From Lama glama (taxonomy: Eukaryota): a DNA stretch of 64,000 bases. Below are positions 61,916 to 64,000 of this stretch, one piece after another. How positions within the stretch are numbered: the stretch's first letter is position 1; each line of letters starts with the position of its first letter. The translations under genes and the position numbers were made by a program. The stretch is taken from contig CM052817.1 in the NCBI GenBank assembly GCA_028534125.1, positions 90,770,001 through 90,834,000 of the forward strand. Reading direction: 5' to 3'. The notes beneath the pieces are model-generated. The model did no database searches. It was not told where the DNA came from and worked only from the letters and a program-made list of their open reading frames with translations.

Positions 61916-64000
61916 TTTCATTTTTCATCTCTCACGTTGGCAACAGTTAAAAAGCCATATTAAGCGTGAGTGAGAAAGGCAAAAGACAGGCACTCTTGTA
62001 CGCTTTTAATGAAATTTCTTTGGAAGGCAATTTCAGGGATGAAATTCAAAGAATTTAATATCCAATGTGGCACAGGTCTTGGCTCATCAAAATGGATGCC
62101 AACTGTAACCAGTTGATGATCTCCTGCCACTACACTCTTCCCAAGATATACCATCTGAATACCAGCCCCAGGCCATATTTAACCCATCTTAAAGTGTGCA
62201 TGCCCTTTGACCCCACAATTCCATTTCCGGGAATCCATCCCAAAGAAATTCTTTTTAAAGCATACAAAGATGTGTGTACATTGATGTTTATTTTATCATT
62301 CCTTCAAATAGCTAAAGCAAAGAAGCAATCTTATTAGCCACCAAAAATAGAGTGGTTAAATAAATTAAGGTGCATTTATACCATGGAATACTACACAGCC
62401 ATTGAAAAGAATGAGGTGAACCTAAATGGACCAATATAGGGAGAAAAATGGCATAGTACTAAGTGAAAAAAAAGCAAGTTGCAAGTCACAGAATAACTTG
62501 TATATTTAATCTCATGTATTTTAAAAATATGTGCGTTTGTCTGCATAAGTACTCACACAACATGACACACAGGAATACATATTAATGTGTAAAGAGGATA
62601 CAAGCATATGTAACACTAGTTATACCTAGTTAACACTAGTGTCACCTCTAGGAAAGAAGGATGGAAGGCAGAAGGAAATAACATTTTGTCTTGTGTACTC
62701 TGAATTGAAGTTTCCATCATCTATAATGAGAAAACATAACTTTTTAAAAGATATTAAAAAAATACATAGGAAGCCCTCAAAATACACGAGGCACAGTCTT
62801 CAAAATCACTGCATGACTGAAATGCTCATTCACCTTTAGAGAGATGAAAGTCAATGTCCCTTCTCAACATATAACCTGAAATATTCAAAGTGTATAGAAG
62901 CCACATCTCAAGGGCAACATTCTAAATGGAATTTATTGGACCATTTTTAAATTAGCTAATTCTCAGTTTAAATATTTGACCTCTGGGTTTTATCCAGTGT
63001 CCTTATATTCACTTATATTCTGAATTTTGTGTTTTTCTTTAAGGAGAATTCCTAGAAGCGCTTAGGAAAAACAGGCTAGCTCACTTGTTAAATATGGAGT
63101 AGTCTGAACCAAAAGCCCAGATGTATAATTGTCTCCATATTTTTCAGAGCAGAACATCATTTGCAATTGATATTCCTCTCCATAGTTATGGTATTTTATT
63201 TCATATTCTGTATCACTAACTCCACAAGGTGAACAGCCAGACTTCCAGTTATAAAATGCCTATGCCTAACTCTTTAAAGTCTATTACATCTACTGTACCA
63301 TGTGCCATCAATGAGAAACTCAGTTCTGAAAATATTAGGCAGAATTTAAAGAGAACTCTTAGAAATATCCAACAAAAATCTATATACAACCAGCTCTATT
63401 CCTCGTGGTTCAGAATACAACCCTGAGGGTGTTTGATTAGGCCGCTTTAATCAGGAAGGGAAAAACCATCTAGGTGTGGGAGGGATCCTTGTCTGGGAAA
63501 TCTAGTACATTGTTGGTATGTTATGAAAAATTGTACTCTTCACAATCAAATCTGCTCTAATTCACAGTAGTTGCTAGAATGGATTTCCCAGTTATGTTTA
63601 TTAAATCTAGATCATCTTTAACCCCACCATATTCACCAAATTCATACTTTTAGAAGAGCGTCACCAAGGAGTAAAAGAAAAAGACTCATCTCAATTCTAT
63701 ATCATATTTTCACTTAGAATGCCTGAAGAATGAAAAAAATAATTTGAATAGATGGAGTATATTTTCCTTGGTAATTAGATTGTGTTTCATTTAACTTGTC
63801 TGATATATATTCCTTTTAGATTCCTGTGAGACAAATGAACCACTGTCCTCAAGGTGACAAGAATAGTCAATGAATTTGGGAAAAACCTAATGAGGTGATG
63901 TTTTGGGTCTAAATCAAAGCTCTGTTATCCTTGTAGTCATTCTGGTCCATTGATTTTGCTTCTAGTTTTAATTGTGAATTTGCTTTTTTTGGTGGATTTA

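Larger units (their letters stand above)
59085..62765 (+). mobile_element. Ancient L1 (L1ME-like) ORF2 3' part and 3' UTR, split by three insertions
   Basis: Collinear sense pieces at 59085-59530, about 61490-61760, about 61920-62065 and about 62187-62765 ('atgccctttgaccccacaattccatttc', 'ataccatggaatactacacagcc'). Confidence 0.75.

Noticed and set aside
1..64000. Prokaryotic-type systems (operons, CRISPR, defence islands) or a novel multi-gene system
   Set aside because: The sequence is clearly mammalian and repeat-rich, with no long coherent ORFs and no repeat-spacer array. Nothing supports such a call.

Overview
Mammalian genomic DNA, very probably from a camelid. The evidence is a Vic-1-type tRNA-Ala-derived SINE at 51301 and matching lineage-type L1 3' ends. 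The window is AT-rich, CpG-poor and reads as a long intron or intergenic region dense in interspersed repeats: L1s of several ages, L2, MIR, hAT and Tigger MITEs, and ERV1/ERVL/MaLR solo LTRs. I recognise no protein-coding gene. The supplied ORFs are chance ORFs, degenerate L1 ORF2 fragments or N-gap artefacts. The most informative structures are: (1) a young, apparently full-length L1 with an intact CpG-rich 5' UTR and a perfect 13-bp TSD, whose body is hidden in a 500-N gap (56644-58678); (2) four 5'-inverted (twin-priming type) L1 insertions, one nested inside another; (3) a 51-bp ultra-truncated L1 with a perfect 16-bp TSD; (4) a fossil RTE-clade reverse transcriptase fragment at about 41.9 kb; (5) a CpG-retaining candidate first exon on the minus strand at 591-713, plus a few other minus-strand splice signals. 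An excess of plus-strand L1s is consistent with a host transcript on the minus strand. I found no convincing evidence of a previously undescribed biological system. Repeat subfamily names come from recalled consensus sequences, not from a search, and boundaries of old repeats are approximate.
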